IMG/VR virus record: IMGVR_UViG_2906610324_000001
Location: 57,324 to 121,323 of that record
DNA: 64,000 nucleotides
Direction: 5' to 3' (one strand)
Origin: a virus
Taxonomy: Duplodnaviria; Caudoviricetes
The notes under the pieces were generated by a model, which saw nothing but the letters and a program-made list of their open reading frames with translations, made no database searches and was not told the origin of the DNA. Below, in pieces: positions 1-8,185 of this stretch; positions within the stretch are counted from its first letter, which is position 1; the number at the start of each line of letters is the position of its first letter. The position numbers were made by a program, and so were the translations under genes.

Positions 1-302
1 CGCTCGGCGCCCTCTACGGATTTCAGCGCGCGCGCCACGTAATCCGCTGCATTGTTGGCGTCGGCGATCCGCAGGTGATTGCGCGCGGTGCGGATCAACT
101 GCGCGGCAAGCCGGACACGCTCCAGGCGGGAGGCCGGCGGCGTTTCCAATAGCGACAACTGCGCGTCACGCTTCTGCAGGCGCTCAATCTCGGCCAGCGC
201 CAAGTCAGCTTGTGCGCTCGGGCTGTCGCTGTCCTCGTGCGGAACGTCAACATTCAGCGCGCCAAGAATCGAGTCGGTAAAGTCGGTGCAGGTGTAAGTC
301 AT
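1..302 (-). CDS. hypothetical phage protein (runs off window)
   Basis: ATG at 302 preceded by AAAGGA SD and the hairpin motif; frame open to window edge. Confidence 0.6.
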   Translation of the reverse strand, partial: MTYTCTDFTDSILGALNVDVPHEDSDSPSAQADLALAEIERLQKRDAQLSLLETPPASRLERVRLAAQLIRTARNHLRIADANNAADYVARALKSVEGAE

Positions 303-442
303 TTGGCTTTCGTCCTTTCGTTTTGCGCACTATCGCGCAGATGGTGGAGCGACCGCGGCCAGGTGCGCGCGTCATCCACCGCGCAAAATCGGCCGTAGTC
401 GGGAGGTGCGCCGCCGGCCGGGAAATCAGCTGGCCCCGGGGG

Positions 443-850
443 TTACTCGGCGAGCTCTTCCAGGGTGACGCCGTCTTCGGCCGCATACTCGGAAATCAGA
501 GTCAGCGCCCAATCTTCCGCCGCGCCGATCATTTCGCCGTCGCCGCCGCCGTGTTTCGAGTTGACCCTGGCGCATGCGTCCGCGGTCCATCGTTCAAGGC
601 CGGGAACGTCGCCGAAAAAGTCGCGCGCGCGTTCCAAAACGGATTCCTCCGACAAGCACGCGAGGCCGTAAATCCCGGCGATGTGCTCGGCGTCGTAAAG
701 CAGCGTCAATCCGTCATCGCGGGTTGAGCGCTGGCGCGCGTAGCGCCAGGCTACGCCGTAGCGTTGCAGCGCGGAGCGGACGCGCCATCGATACTTTGAA
801 GCCTCGTTAACGAGCGTGGCGAGCGGCGAGCGGGGCAAGGTGAGATGCAT
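443..850 (-). CDS. hypothetical phage protein
   Basis: ORF MHLTLPRSP..., AAAGGA SD. Confidence 0.65.
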   Translation of the reverse strand: MHLTLPRSPLATLVNEASKYRWRVRSALQRYGVAWRYARQRSTRDDGLTLLYDAEHIAGIYGLACLSEESVLERARDFFGDVPGLERWTADACARVNSKHGGGDGEMIGAAEDWALTLISEYAAEDGVTLEELAE

Positions 851-897
851 AACGGTTCCTTTGTTCTGTGATGGGAAATCGGCCGGCGGCGGGACTG

Positions 898-1176
898 TTA
901 GCAATTCACTTCGTGAAAGCCGCGCACACCGTTCAAGACCTTGAAGCCCGGCGGGGAACGATCGCCCTTGCCAATCCGCATAGTGGCAACCGCCGGCTTT
1001 CCCGTTGCCGCCAGGTCCGCGCAGTAGTCCGCGAATGCCTTTTCTGCATCGGCCGCGCGCTTAATCTCGACTTCGCGCCGTGGGAGCGGGCTTTTGTCCT
1101 CTCCGATGCAAAGCGCCACGCTAACGAATGCGCCGTTACGTTCCGCCGCGTAGCTATTCAAGATCAGTTTCGCCAT
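898..1176 (-). CDS. hypothetical phage protein
   Basis: MAKLILNSY..., AAAGGAG SD after the motif. Confidence 0.7.
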   Translation of the reverse strand: MAKLILNSYAAERNGAFVSVALCIGEDKSPLPRREVEIKRAADAEKAFADYCADLAATGKPAVATMRIGKGDRSPPGFKVLNGVRGFHEVNC

Positions 1177-1263
1177 GTCGTTTAACTCCTTTCGAATTGC
1201 GCACCATTGCGCCGAGAAAATCGGCCGCAGCCGAGGGATTGAGGAAATCGGCCGCAACCGGGA

Positions 1264-1677
1264 CTAGGCCGCGGCGGCTTGCTCGGCCGGCTTTTCGTCG
1301 GTCTGCGAAACGTCGAAAACCGGTACCAGGATGAACCGCACCGACTCCGCCGCGGCCTCGGCCGCGGCGCCGTCCGCGCTCGGCGCCGCTGAGGCCTCGG
1401 CCGTTGCGCGCCGGCCGGACGGCGCAAAGATGTAGATTGCGGACTCGCCTTTGCGGACCGCGCGGCCGGCGGCAAGCCATTGATTGAAGCCGCCCAGCAT
1501 AGTTGCGCCTTCGCATTGCATCGCCGCCAGCATGTGATTTTTTCCGGATATCGGCCGCGCGTCCGCGGTGAGGATCGGCGCGCGCTGCAGCCAAAGCGCC
1601 TTCTGCTCTTCCGTCATGTTGGCAATCTGGCGCGCCAGTTGCGCGGCCTTTTCTTTGTTGGGATTCGGTTTCCGCAT
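1264..1677 (-). CDS. ArdC N-terminal (ssDNA-binding, DUF1738-like) domain protein
   Basis: SGKN..L...GGFNQWLAAGRAVRKGESAIYIFAP...VPVFDVSQT matches the ArdC-N pattern; no metallopeptidase domain. Confidence 0.75.
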   Translation of the reverse strand: MRKPNPNKEKAAQLARQIANMTEEQKALWLQRAPILTADARPISGKNHMLAAMQCEGATMLGGFNQWLAAGRAVRKGESAIYIFAPSGRRATAEASAAPSADGAAAEAAAESVRFILVPVFDVSQTDEKPAEQAAAA

Positions 1678-1747
1678 GGTCTGTTTTCCTTTCCGTTTGC
1701 GCACAATCGCGCGTGTTGCATTCCGTGAGGCCGAGGCGCGCCGCGGC

Positions 1748-1945
1748 TTAGTGCAGTTCCCAAGCGCGCAATTCGACGCGTGAACGCTTGCCGCGCTTGA
1801 ATTCGTCGCAGCGGCGCGCGTATTCCTCGGCCTCGGCGGCGGTATCAAACCGCCGAGATAGTTCGCCCCAATTGTTGAATTCGCAGCGATCAATCAGGCG
1901 AAACTTTGCGCCAACGGGCAAGATATCGAATCCATAGGCTCGCAT
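1748..1945 (-). CDS. hypothetical phage protein
   Basis: ORF in cluster, GGAG SD. Confidence 0.55.
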   Translation of the reverse strand: MRAYGFDILPVGAKFRLIDRCEFNNWGELSRRFDTAAEAEEYARRCDEFKRGKRSRVELRAWELH

Positions 1946-1960
1946 TGCTGGCGACTCCGA

Positions 1961-3058
1961 CTAGCTGGCGCGGATCGCGCAGAAAGGCGCAACCGGGAGG
2001 GATGGCCGAGGCGCGCCGAGCGATGACGAGGCCAGGAAGCGCGCGGCGCGGGAAGGCGCAACCGGGATAGGGGCCGCGGAGTTGGGCGCGGGCGCAACCG
2101 GGAGGGCATCGACCGTATCCGGGAGGGAAGCCGCCGCGGTTTCGACGCCGGCGGAATTGTTTGCGACAAGCCGCAACCGCGGCGCCTCGGCCTCGGCCTT
2201 GGCTGCAGCTGCGCGCGCCTCGGCCTCTTGCTCGGCGCGCCGGCCGGCCTCGGCCTCGGCCTTTGCCGCGGCTTTGGCCTCGGCCTCGGCCGCGCGAACG
2301 ACGGCGCGGCGCCGCGCTTCAATTTCCAGCCATGCCATACCGCCGAGGCGCGACCGATAGTCTGCAATCTGCGCGCCGAGCTCGGCCGCGCGTTCCTCGT
2401 CGGCGCCGGCCAAAATCTCGGCCTCGGCCGAGGCAATGAGGTAGTGCCCGCGGTAGAAGTCGGCGCGCGTCAACCCGCCGGCCTCGGCGGTTTCCGGCAA
2501 GGCCGAGGCCTCGGCGGAAAGCGCGACATGATCGAAACGGCCGCGGCGATATTCGGCCGTCCGCGCGTTGCATTCCTCGGCCGGATATTCGGCGCCGGTA
2601 GCGTCACAGATGGCAGAAACGATGGACGGGACCGCGACACAATCGGAACCGATTGCCGAGGCTTTCCCGAATTCCCGCGCGACCCGCGCGCGGTAGAAGG
2701 CGAAGGCAACGCGCAAGCCGCGGCCGATATTGACCGGCTTGCCAGGCAGTGAAACGGCTGGCGCGCGTACCACGGCGCCGCATACAAACGTCACAACGAT
2801 GATAGGCGACTTGCCTAGCTTTTTCGTCGCGCTTGCCGGGATGACATAATCCGCCCATGGATCCGCCGCGCCGTCCGGGATATTGGCCGCGCCGGATCCG
2901 GCTTTCTGCGCCGGCAATGCGAGGCGCAGCAAATCGGCAATGCCGCGCCAGTTCGCGCCGTCGGGATTCGCGGTCGCGTTGTCATAGGCGAGGATCGCCA
3001 GCGCGCGCCGTTCCGTTGCCTTTGCGGCCTTGGCCGCGATCAAATCAACCTGTTGCAT
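1961..3058 (-). CDS. hypothetical protein with Ala/Glu-rich coiled coil and C-terminal (L/I)PVAP repeats
   Basis: 365-aa ORF after motif and SD. Confidence 0.7.
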   Translation of the reverse strand: MQQVDLIAAKAAKATERRALAILAYDNATANPDGANWRGIADLLRLALPAQKAGSGAANIPDGAADPWADYVIPASATKKLGKSPIIVVTFVCGAVVRAPAVSLPGKPVNIGRGLRVAFAFYRARVAREFGKASAIGSDCVAVPSIVSAICDATGAEYPAEECNARTAEYRRGRFDHVALSAEASALPETAEAGGLTRADFYRGHYLIASAEAEILAGADEERAAELGAQIADYRSRLGGMAWLEIEARRRAVVRAAEAEAKAAAKAEAEAGRRAEQEAEARAAAAKAEAEAPRLRLVANNSAGVETAAASLPDTVDALPVAPAPNSAAPIPVAPSRAARFLASSSLGAPRPSLPVAPFCAIRAS

Positions 3059-3153
3059 GGTCCATTGTCCTTTCTGATTTGCGCACGATTGCGCCGAGAA
3101 TTGAGGGAAGGCCGAGGCCAGGTTAGGCCGTAGCTTTGGCGCGGCGCCGCGCG

Positions 3154-3423
3154 TCAATCGCGGCGCGTATCACTTTTCTTGAACCGCGGCGCATAACGGC
3201 CGTTGAATGCACGCAATTCAGAAAAGGCGATATCGGCCGCGGCCTTGGCAATCCGGTATCGCGGATCGAATTTAATTCGGTCCGGAGTCAGTCCCATCGG
3301 ACCGCGCGCCGGAATCCCCATTTCGGCCGCAAGGCCTTCTGTCACGGCGCCGAGGCGCGCGCCGGCCTCTTTGATCCGGTTATCCAACTCGGCCGCGGCG
3401 GCTTGGAATGCTGCAAAATCCAT
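3154..3423 (-). CDS. hypothetical phage protein
   Basis: ORF MDFAAFQ..., tightly packed. Confidence 0.65.
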   Translation of the reverse strand: MDFAAFQAAAAELDNRIKEAGARLGAVTEGLAAEMGIPARGPMGLTPDRIKFDPRYRIAKAAADIAFSELRAFNGRYAPRFKKSDTRRD

Positions 3424-3431
3424 CGGTGCAC

Positions 3432-3620
3432 CTAGACGCTTTCGTCAAAGCGCGCGGCCTCAAAGTCGCGGCTTGCCTGTTCTGCCTCGGCGCCGGTAAG
3501 CATGCGGCGGCTTGTCGGATAATAGAACGCGCGCGTTCCGACCGGGATGAAATGCCCGTTGCGGTCATTGGCCGGATATTTGGTAATGATCCATCGCGGA
3601 TCGCCGCCATAGCGTGCCAT
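3432..3620 (-). CDS. hypothetical phage protein
   Basis: MARYGGDPRWI... after motif and SD. Confidence 0.65.
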   Translation of the reverse strand: MARYGGDPRWIITKYPANDRNGHFIPVGTRAFYYPTSRRMLTGAEAEQASRDFEAARFDESV

Positions 3621-3685
3621 TGTAGTCTGTCCTTTCCAGTTTGCGCACAATCGCGCGGGAGACAAATTCGACGGCCGAGGCCGAG

Positions 3686-3826
3686 CTATTCCAGCATGTC
3701 CGCAATGAACCGGACCGCGGCCGGATATCGGCAGAAACTGCGCAGCAATGCGACGATTCCGCGCGCCGTGTAGTAACCCGCCGGGATACCGTGCAAGTTA
3801 TCCGGAATGAAGGTTTCGCGGTCCAT
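3686..3826 (-). CDS. small hypothetical protein
   Basis: MDRETFIPDNL..., coupled to the upstream gene. Confidence 0.5.
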   Translation of the reverse strand: MDRETFIPDNLHGIPAGYYTARGIVALLRSFCRYPAAVRFIADMLE

Positions 3827-3830
3827 TGGC

Positions 3831-4169
3831 CTAGTATCCTGCAGCCTCGGCGGAATAGTCGCGCTGGCCAGTCTCGGCGGTTTGCCAGTCCGGAAAGCGC
3901 GCGCCGTTTTCGGTATCGTTGTAACCCGCCGAAAGCCTATCGGCCGGGCAGGTGCAAACGCCATCGCGGGTTATGCGTCCAACGCAGTCCGCGCCATCGT
4001 TGCACCATTCGTTAGTCACGGTTTGCCCGTCGAAAGAAAAGATATTGGACTCGCGCGTCCATCCTTCGTCCGTTCTGGCGCCGTGCGAATGGTGCAACGT
4101 TTGGCCAGTCCGCAACGCGATACGGACAAGGCCGGATTTGTGATAGTGCCAAAAGCGCGCTGTTTTCAT
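3831..4169 (-). CDS. hypothetical phage protein
   Basis: MKTARFWHY..., GAGGG SD. Confidence 0.7.
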   Translation of the reverse strand: MKTARFWHYHKSGLVRIALRTGQTLHHSHGARTDEGWTRESNIFSFDGQTVTNEWCNDGADCVGRITRDGVCTCPADRLSAGYNDTENGARFPDWQTAETGQRDYSAEAAGY

Positions 4170-4179
4170 GCGGTATCCC

Positions 4180-4509
4180 TCACGGAAGGCGGTTAAAGAC
4201 GGAATGATAGGCCGAGGCCTCGGCGATGCACTCGCGCGCGGCCTCAAGATTGCGAGCGCGCGCCATGGGCGAGTTTTTCGCGGCGCGCCGATAGTAAGCC
4301 GCCCAGTGCAAAGCCTCGGCCGCAAGCGCGCGGCGCGGCCGGCAAGATAGCCGCGACGTCCGCAAGGCAACCGGACCGGCCGCGCGTTCTGCGCGCGCCG
4401 TGAATTCCGTTCCGTTGCAGACAATCCAGAACGTTGCCACATTGTGGCGCCGGCCGCGCGCCTCGGCGCGTAGCGCGGAAATGGTGCGGCGGAATGCATC
4501 GCGGTTCAT
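4180..4509 (-). CDS. hypothetical phage protein
   Basis: ATGA overlap with the upstream gene. Confidence 0.6.
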   Translation of the reverse strand: MNRDAFRRTISALRAEARGRRHNVATFWIVCNGTEFTARAERAAGPVALRTSRLSCRPRRALAAEALHWAAYYRRAAKNSPMARARNLEAARECIAEASAYHSVFNRLP

Positions 4510-4910
4510 GCTGCGCGCTCCAGTTCGCAAGCCGCGGTCCATCCGGTTGCGCGATCATAGGAGGCCGCGCGCGCGATCATTGGCGGCTTGCGCAATTCGT
4601 CATCTGGCGGAATCACGCCATAGCGTTCCGGCGCGGCGTCAAGTTTCGCCATGGCTGCAGCATGCTCGGCCGCGCGCCACACATTGAAGGCCGCGACGAT
4701 ATGCGCCGGTAGCGGTTCAGCGTATCGGACAAGCATGCCGATTCCGGTTCGCATGGCGCGGCGGACATCATCGCCATTTGCTATCGATAGCTCATAGTCT
4801 GAAACGGAATGACGGATGCTAACCTCATAGCTCTCGGTTTCATCCGTGACGCGATAGTAGACGGTCCCCATGTAGGAACATTTCCAAGTGAATTGCGGCT
4901 TGCGTGTCAT
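4506..4910 (-). CDS. hypothetical phage protein
   Basis: ORF after the degenerate motif copy. Confidence 0.65.
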   Translation of the reverse strand: MTRKPQFTWKCSYMGTVYYRVTDETESYEVSIRHSVSDYELSIANGDDVRRAMRTGIGMLVRYAEPLPAHIVAAFNVWRAAEHAAAMAKLDAAPERYGVIPPDDELRKPPMIARAASYDRATGWTAACELERAA

Positions 4911-4937
4911 CGTCAAGGCCTTTCGGGTTGCGCGCAG

Positions 4938-5381
4938 TTAGATGACGCGAACGGTTGCGCCGGCCGGCAAATGAACCGCGCAACCGCCGTGAGAGTCGCG
5001 GCGCTTGATCTCCAGATGGACCGGCAGCCATCCGGTTGACTTCCCGACATAGAACCGGGACCGCGCGCCATCTGGCGCGGTGACTTCTACGCGCTTCCCT
5101 TCGAGGCCGATTAGTTGCGGCGCCAGCTGCGCGGGACAACGCGACCTAGTCGCGGCCGCATGATTGGCGCCGGCCTTCATTGTCGCGCGGTAGACTCGAT
5201 AATGCTGGATTGTGCCGGGCTTGAATGCGCCGAGGCCTGGAGGGACCGCGGCCGAGGGAAGCCAGGCCGCGACGTCGCGCGCCCATCTCTCGGCGACACT
5301 GAAGCCAACGCAAGTATATCCGGCGCCGGATCGCAGAACATAAAGGCCTTGCTCGGCATTGATGGAATGAAAGTCACTCAT
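4938..5381 (-). CDS. hypothetical phage protein
   Basis: MSDFHSINAEQG...FYVGKSTGWLPVHLEI, after motif. Confidence 0.7.
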   Translation of the reverse strand: MSDFHSINAEQGLYVLRSGAGYTCVGFSVAERWARDVAAWLPSAAVPPGLGAFKPGTIQHYRVYRATMKAGANHAAATRSRCPAQLAPQLIGLEGKRVEVTAPDGARSRFYVGKSTGWLPVHLEIKRRDSHGGCAVHLPAGATVRVI

Positions 5382-5475
5382 CTCGGTTTGTCCTATTCGG
5401 TTTGCGCACAATCGCGCTTTGGTCCGCTTTGGCGTTCCGTTGTGCGGCGCGCCTCGGCGCCGCACCGTCGGAAAG

Positions 5476-5892
5476 TCAGTTGGAGGGAACGAAATTCATT
5501 CCCGTGCGGTCCAATGCCTCAAGTTTGAGGAAAGCGCGGACACGTTCCAAAGCATCCGGCCAAAGAATGACGCCGCCGCTTGTCGCCGGATCGTCGCTCC
5601 AATTGAGTCCGGCCAGAACGAAAGCCGGGCAAAAATCCCAATCGAATTGGACTTGATCGCGCTCGGAGTCCGTAAGGGATTGCCAAACGGTTTCGCAGTC
5701 TGGAGCGAGCCGGATCATGATATGGCGCATTTCGTATGCGCCCCATCCGTCACGGTATTGGTCAACTAGTTCCGCGGCGGCTTTGATTTCCGCGGGACGA
5801 TCGTTGCGCCATTCCGGGTTGCTGGCGTCAATACAGGCTTCCCAGAGGCAAAGCGCGGCCTCGGCAATAAGCGGATTCAACTCGGTTTGCAT
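5476..5892 (-). CDS. hypothetical phage protein
   Basis: GAGGAG SD, 138 aa. Confidence 0.7.
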   Translation of the reverse strand: MQTELNPLIAEAALCLWEACIDASNPEWRNDRPAEIKAAAELVDQYRDGWGAYEMRHIMIRLAPDCETVWQSLTDSERDQVQFDWDFCPAFVLAGLNWSDDPATSGGVILWPDALERVRAFLKLEALDRTGMNFVPSN

Positions 5893-5904
5893 CTCGGGCG
5901 CTCC

Positions 5905-6009
5905 TCAAAGGCACGAATTCAGAAAAGCGCGCTTGCCGTCGCGCACCGCGGCGCGCCGAGTCCGCTTGTCGCTCGGCCGGCGGTCGGAATCATGCTTGCG
6001 ATACTTCAT
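5905..6009 (-). CDS. small basic protein (34 aa)
   Basis: MKYRKHDSDRR..., follows motif and SD. Confidence 0.5.
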   Translation of the reverse strand: MKYRKHDSDRRPSDKRTRRAAVRDGKRAFLNSCL

Positions 6010-6101
6010 GGCCTTTTTCCTTTTCGAATTGCGCACAATTGCGCGGTTTCGGCGGTTTGCCGGTTATGCCGTGACGTGCACGGCATAGGCTGCAAATCGC
6101 G

Positions 6102-6341
6102 TTAGTTGATACGCTCGCAAGCGCCGGTTTCAGCGTTCCAGCGTATCAGCATATCGTTAGCTCGGATCGAAAGGCCGCGGGACATGCGGACGTCGCGCGG
6201 CGCCGGCCGGCCGGTTTCGTGAAACCATTGGCCGAGGCGGAATGCAATGTGCGTTGCGCTACTCCACAAGTGCGGATTGGCCGAGGCCGGCGCGGCATAG
6301 CCGGCCGAGGCATAGGCGGTTAAGTCATCGGGCTTTGCCAT
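6102..6341 (-). CDS. hypothetical phage protein
   Basis: MAKPDDLTAY..., GAGGAG SD. Confidence 0.6.
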   Translation of the reverse strand: MAKPDDLTAYASAGYAAPASANPHLWSSATHIAFRLGQWFHETGRPAPRDVRMSRGLSIRANDMLIRWNAETGACERIN

Positions 6342-6354
6342 TGCGGCGCGCTCC

Positions 6355-6435
6355 TCAAAGGCAGCATACGAAAATGACAAACGTTCCGACTAAAGCCGCC
6401 GCGCAGAACAGAACAAAATCAAGTGTATCGTCCAT
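6355..6435 (-). CDS. small hydrophobic peptide (26 aa)
   Basis: MDDTLDFVLFCAAALVGTFVIFVCCL, follows motif and SD. Confidence 0.45.
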   Translation of the reverse strand: MDDTLDFVLFCAAALVGTFVIFVCCL

Positions 6436-6480
6436 TGGTCTAGCCTTTCGATTTGCGCACAATCGCGCGGTGGAAAAGTG

Positions 6481-6693
6481 TTAGCGGTTGCTGATGACTC
6501 GGAATCGGCTTTCGTGAACGCAAAGCCTTCCGCCATCCGCGAATTTGACGATGTGCCAGCCCGGCTGGATTGGTCCGCTTGCCGCGGTCCATCGCGCGAT
6601 TTTCGCGACCTCTGGCGCGACGCTGGGAAAGCCGCCAATCGCTGGCGTGCCATGCAATTCAATGCGCGATCCGGTTTTGAGGGATTGAGACAT
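6481..6693 (-). CDS. hypothetical phage protein
   Basis: AGAGG SD, 70 aa. Confidence 0.6.
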   Translation of the reverse strand: MSQSLKTGSRIELHGTPAIGGFPSVAPEVAKIARWTAASGPIQPGWHIVKFADGGRLCVHESRFRVISNR

Positions 6694-6703
6694 GCTTGGC
6701 CTC

Positions 6704-6868
6704 TTAGCGGCGGTTGAGGCGCGCGCGGCGCCGGATCAGAAGGCGGCGAGGCTTTGCCGGAATGCAGTGGATTGCGAAGAGGACGAGCCAGCACGCGGAA
6801 TAGATCGCTGCAAACGTGGCCAGAGTGAAAGCCGGGTTAGCGATGCAAAAGGAAATGAAGTCGTTCAT
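6704..6868 (-). CDS. small membrane protein, first gene of the leftward cluster
   Basis: one hydrophobic segment; follows motif. Confidence 0.55.
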   Translation of the reverse strand: MNDFISFCIANPAFTLATFAAIYSACWLVLFAIHCIPAKPRRLLIRRRARLNRR

Positions 6869-6917
6869 TTCGCCGGGCCTTTGAAGTTGCGCACAATCGC
6901 GCCGTGGTGACGCGTAC

Positions 6918-6990
6918 ATGCGCAGATGTCGGCGCGGCCGTCAATGGGTAAAACGCAAAATTGCGAGAAAAAGTTGTATTTGTTCGGCTG
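6918..6990 (-). promoter_or_regulatory. putative sigma70-type promoter of the leftward cluster
   Basis: TTGACGG-N11-TCTGCGCAT with an AT-rich tract upstream. Confidence 0.55.
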
Positions 6991-7010
6991 AGTATCGCAA
7001 TATTGAGACG

Positions 7011-7322
7011 TTAGCCGTCTAGTGCAGCATTGATCCGGCCCAGCAATTCGGCGCGCTGGCGCCCGGTATCCGGTCTAATTCCTGCAATGATCGCCCAAAT
7101 CTGCCGTGCGATGTCAGGCCCAGCACCATTGGCCCGATACTGCGCCAGCGTGTTCTCGGACACGTAGAGCAGGCGCGCAGCTGCGGCATTCGAGAGGCTT
7201 GCGCCTTCCTGCCAGGCCCGGAATTCAGCCGCGCTGATTCTGAGTGAAACATCAGCGGAAGAGAAAGCCCGGCTTGCTGGCTTGCGCTTGGCCATTGGCT
7301 TGCTGGTCTTTGTGTCGGTCAT
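7011..7322 (-). CDS. helix-turn-helix DNA-binding protein
   Basis: LSNAAAARLLYVSENTLAQYRANG resembles an XRE-like HTH. Confidence 0.6.
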   Translation of the reverse strand: MTDTKTSKPMAKRKPASRAFSSADVSLRISAAEFRAWQEGASLSNAAAARLLYVSENTLAQYRANGAGPDIARQIWAIIAGIRPDTGRQRAELLGRINAALDG

Positions 7323-7437
7323 TGGACGCCTCAAGATTGAGTTATGCCGCAGTCATCCAACCCGCAACTATCACGGAATTGAGTTGCTGCGGGCGCCGTC
7401 CCTGCTGTCATCCACCGTCAAGCGGTGGAACAGCGAT

Positions 7438-7533
7438 TTGACAGCCGACTCAATTTGCGATTCAGAGCAAGCACGGTGACGCATTGTCGCTGCAATCCAA
7501 CGCCCGCCAGGTCGCACCGCCTTGGCGGGTTTC
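7438..7533 (+). promoter_or_regulatory. possible late promoter (TTGACA) followed by a hairpin/terminator
   Basis: TTGACA at 7438-7443; CCCGCCA..TGGCGGG-TTT at 7503-7532, upstream of the packaging genes. Confidence 0.3.
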
Positions 7534-7942
7534 GCATGTCAGGGGCACGGCATGGGCGAGGTAGTCGAGCTATCGCCCGACGCGCCGCGCCGTGCCCGCC
7601 GACAGCGGCGCCAGCCTGCAGTCATCATTGTGTTGCCACTGGTTCGGGTCGAGCGCTGCATCAGCGCCGCCGACGCATGGGATGCAATGCCAAGCGATAG
7701 CGCGCCGCATGGTGCGGCATAGCCGGGCGGATCGGCGTGCGCCTGCCACGACAAGCGGACGTCACCACAAGGCGAGCTAGTCGAGAGAGAAAGGCGGGCG
7801 GTTGCCGCGCGCGGCGCGGCGCCAGCGGCGCCAGCGTATCCGCTGACACTATTCGGCCAGGCTGAACCACGGCCGCACCAATCCGCCGCCACCGCAACCG
7901 ACACGCCAGCCCGCGCCAAGCCAAGCCAGCGCCTCGAGGCCA

Positions 7943-8020
7943 AGGGGTATGGGGTCGGAAAGTCTAGGAACCGACGGGACCCCCTACCGCACGGGGGCTC
8001 ATTTGCACAATTTTTTCTGC
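7943..8020. other. putative cos/packaging site region
   Basis: G-rich GGGGTATGGGGTCGGAAAGTCT, CCCC..GGGG inverted repeat and a T run directly upstream of the terS-like start, as often seen in HK97-like phages. Confidence 0.4.
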
Positions 8021-8052
8021 CGCGACCGAATTTTTCAAGGTGAAGCGTCGAA

Positions 8053-8185
8053 ATGACCGAAAAACCGGAAAACGGCGGATCTGGAGAAAATCCGGCGGCC
8101 AAGCCGAAATCGGCGCCACGGAAAAAGGCCAGGAAGCCAGCGAAGCGGAAGGCGAAGGCCCGCGCAAGCAAGGGGGGCCGCGGAC
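8053..8185 (+). pseudogene. 5' fragment of probable terminase small subunit
   Basis: basic MTEKPEN...SKGGRGR start that runs out of frame into mid-TerL sequence. Confidence 0.45.

Larger units (their letters stand above)
323..6902 (-). repeat. dispersed 16-nt start-associated motif GCGCRATNGTGCGCAA (9 copies plus 1 degenerate)
   Basis: Copies at 323-338, 1197-1212, 1697-1712, 3079-3094, 3641-3656, 5402-5417, 6029-6044, 6453-6468, 6887-6902; degenerate copy near 4928; each lies just 5' of an AAAGG/AGGA SD and a start codon. Confidence 0.95.

Noticed and set aside
323-6902. CRISPR array or integron attC interpretation of the 16-nt repeat
   Set aside because: Spacing is irregular (about 0.4-1.8 kb), spacers are whole genes, there are no attC R/L boxes, and no cas or integrase gene is in the window.
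7737-7800. HNH remnant (ACACHDKRT) upstream of cos
   Set aside because: No start codon or HNH core; the resemblance is too weak.
8057-8185. Programmed frameshift joining terS and terL
   Set aside because: The terL frame is open here, but the fusion would still lack Walker A; deletion is the simpler explanation.
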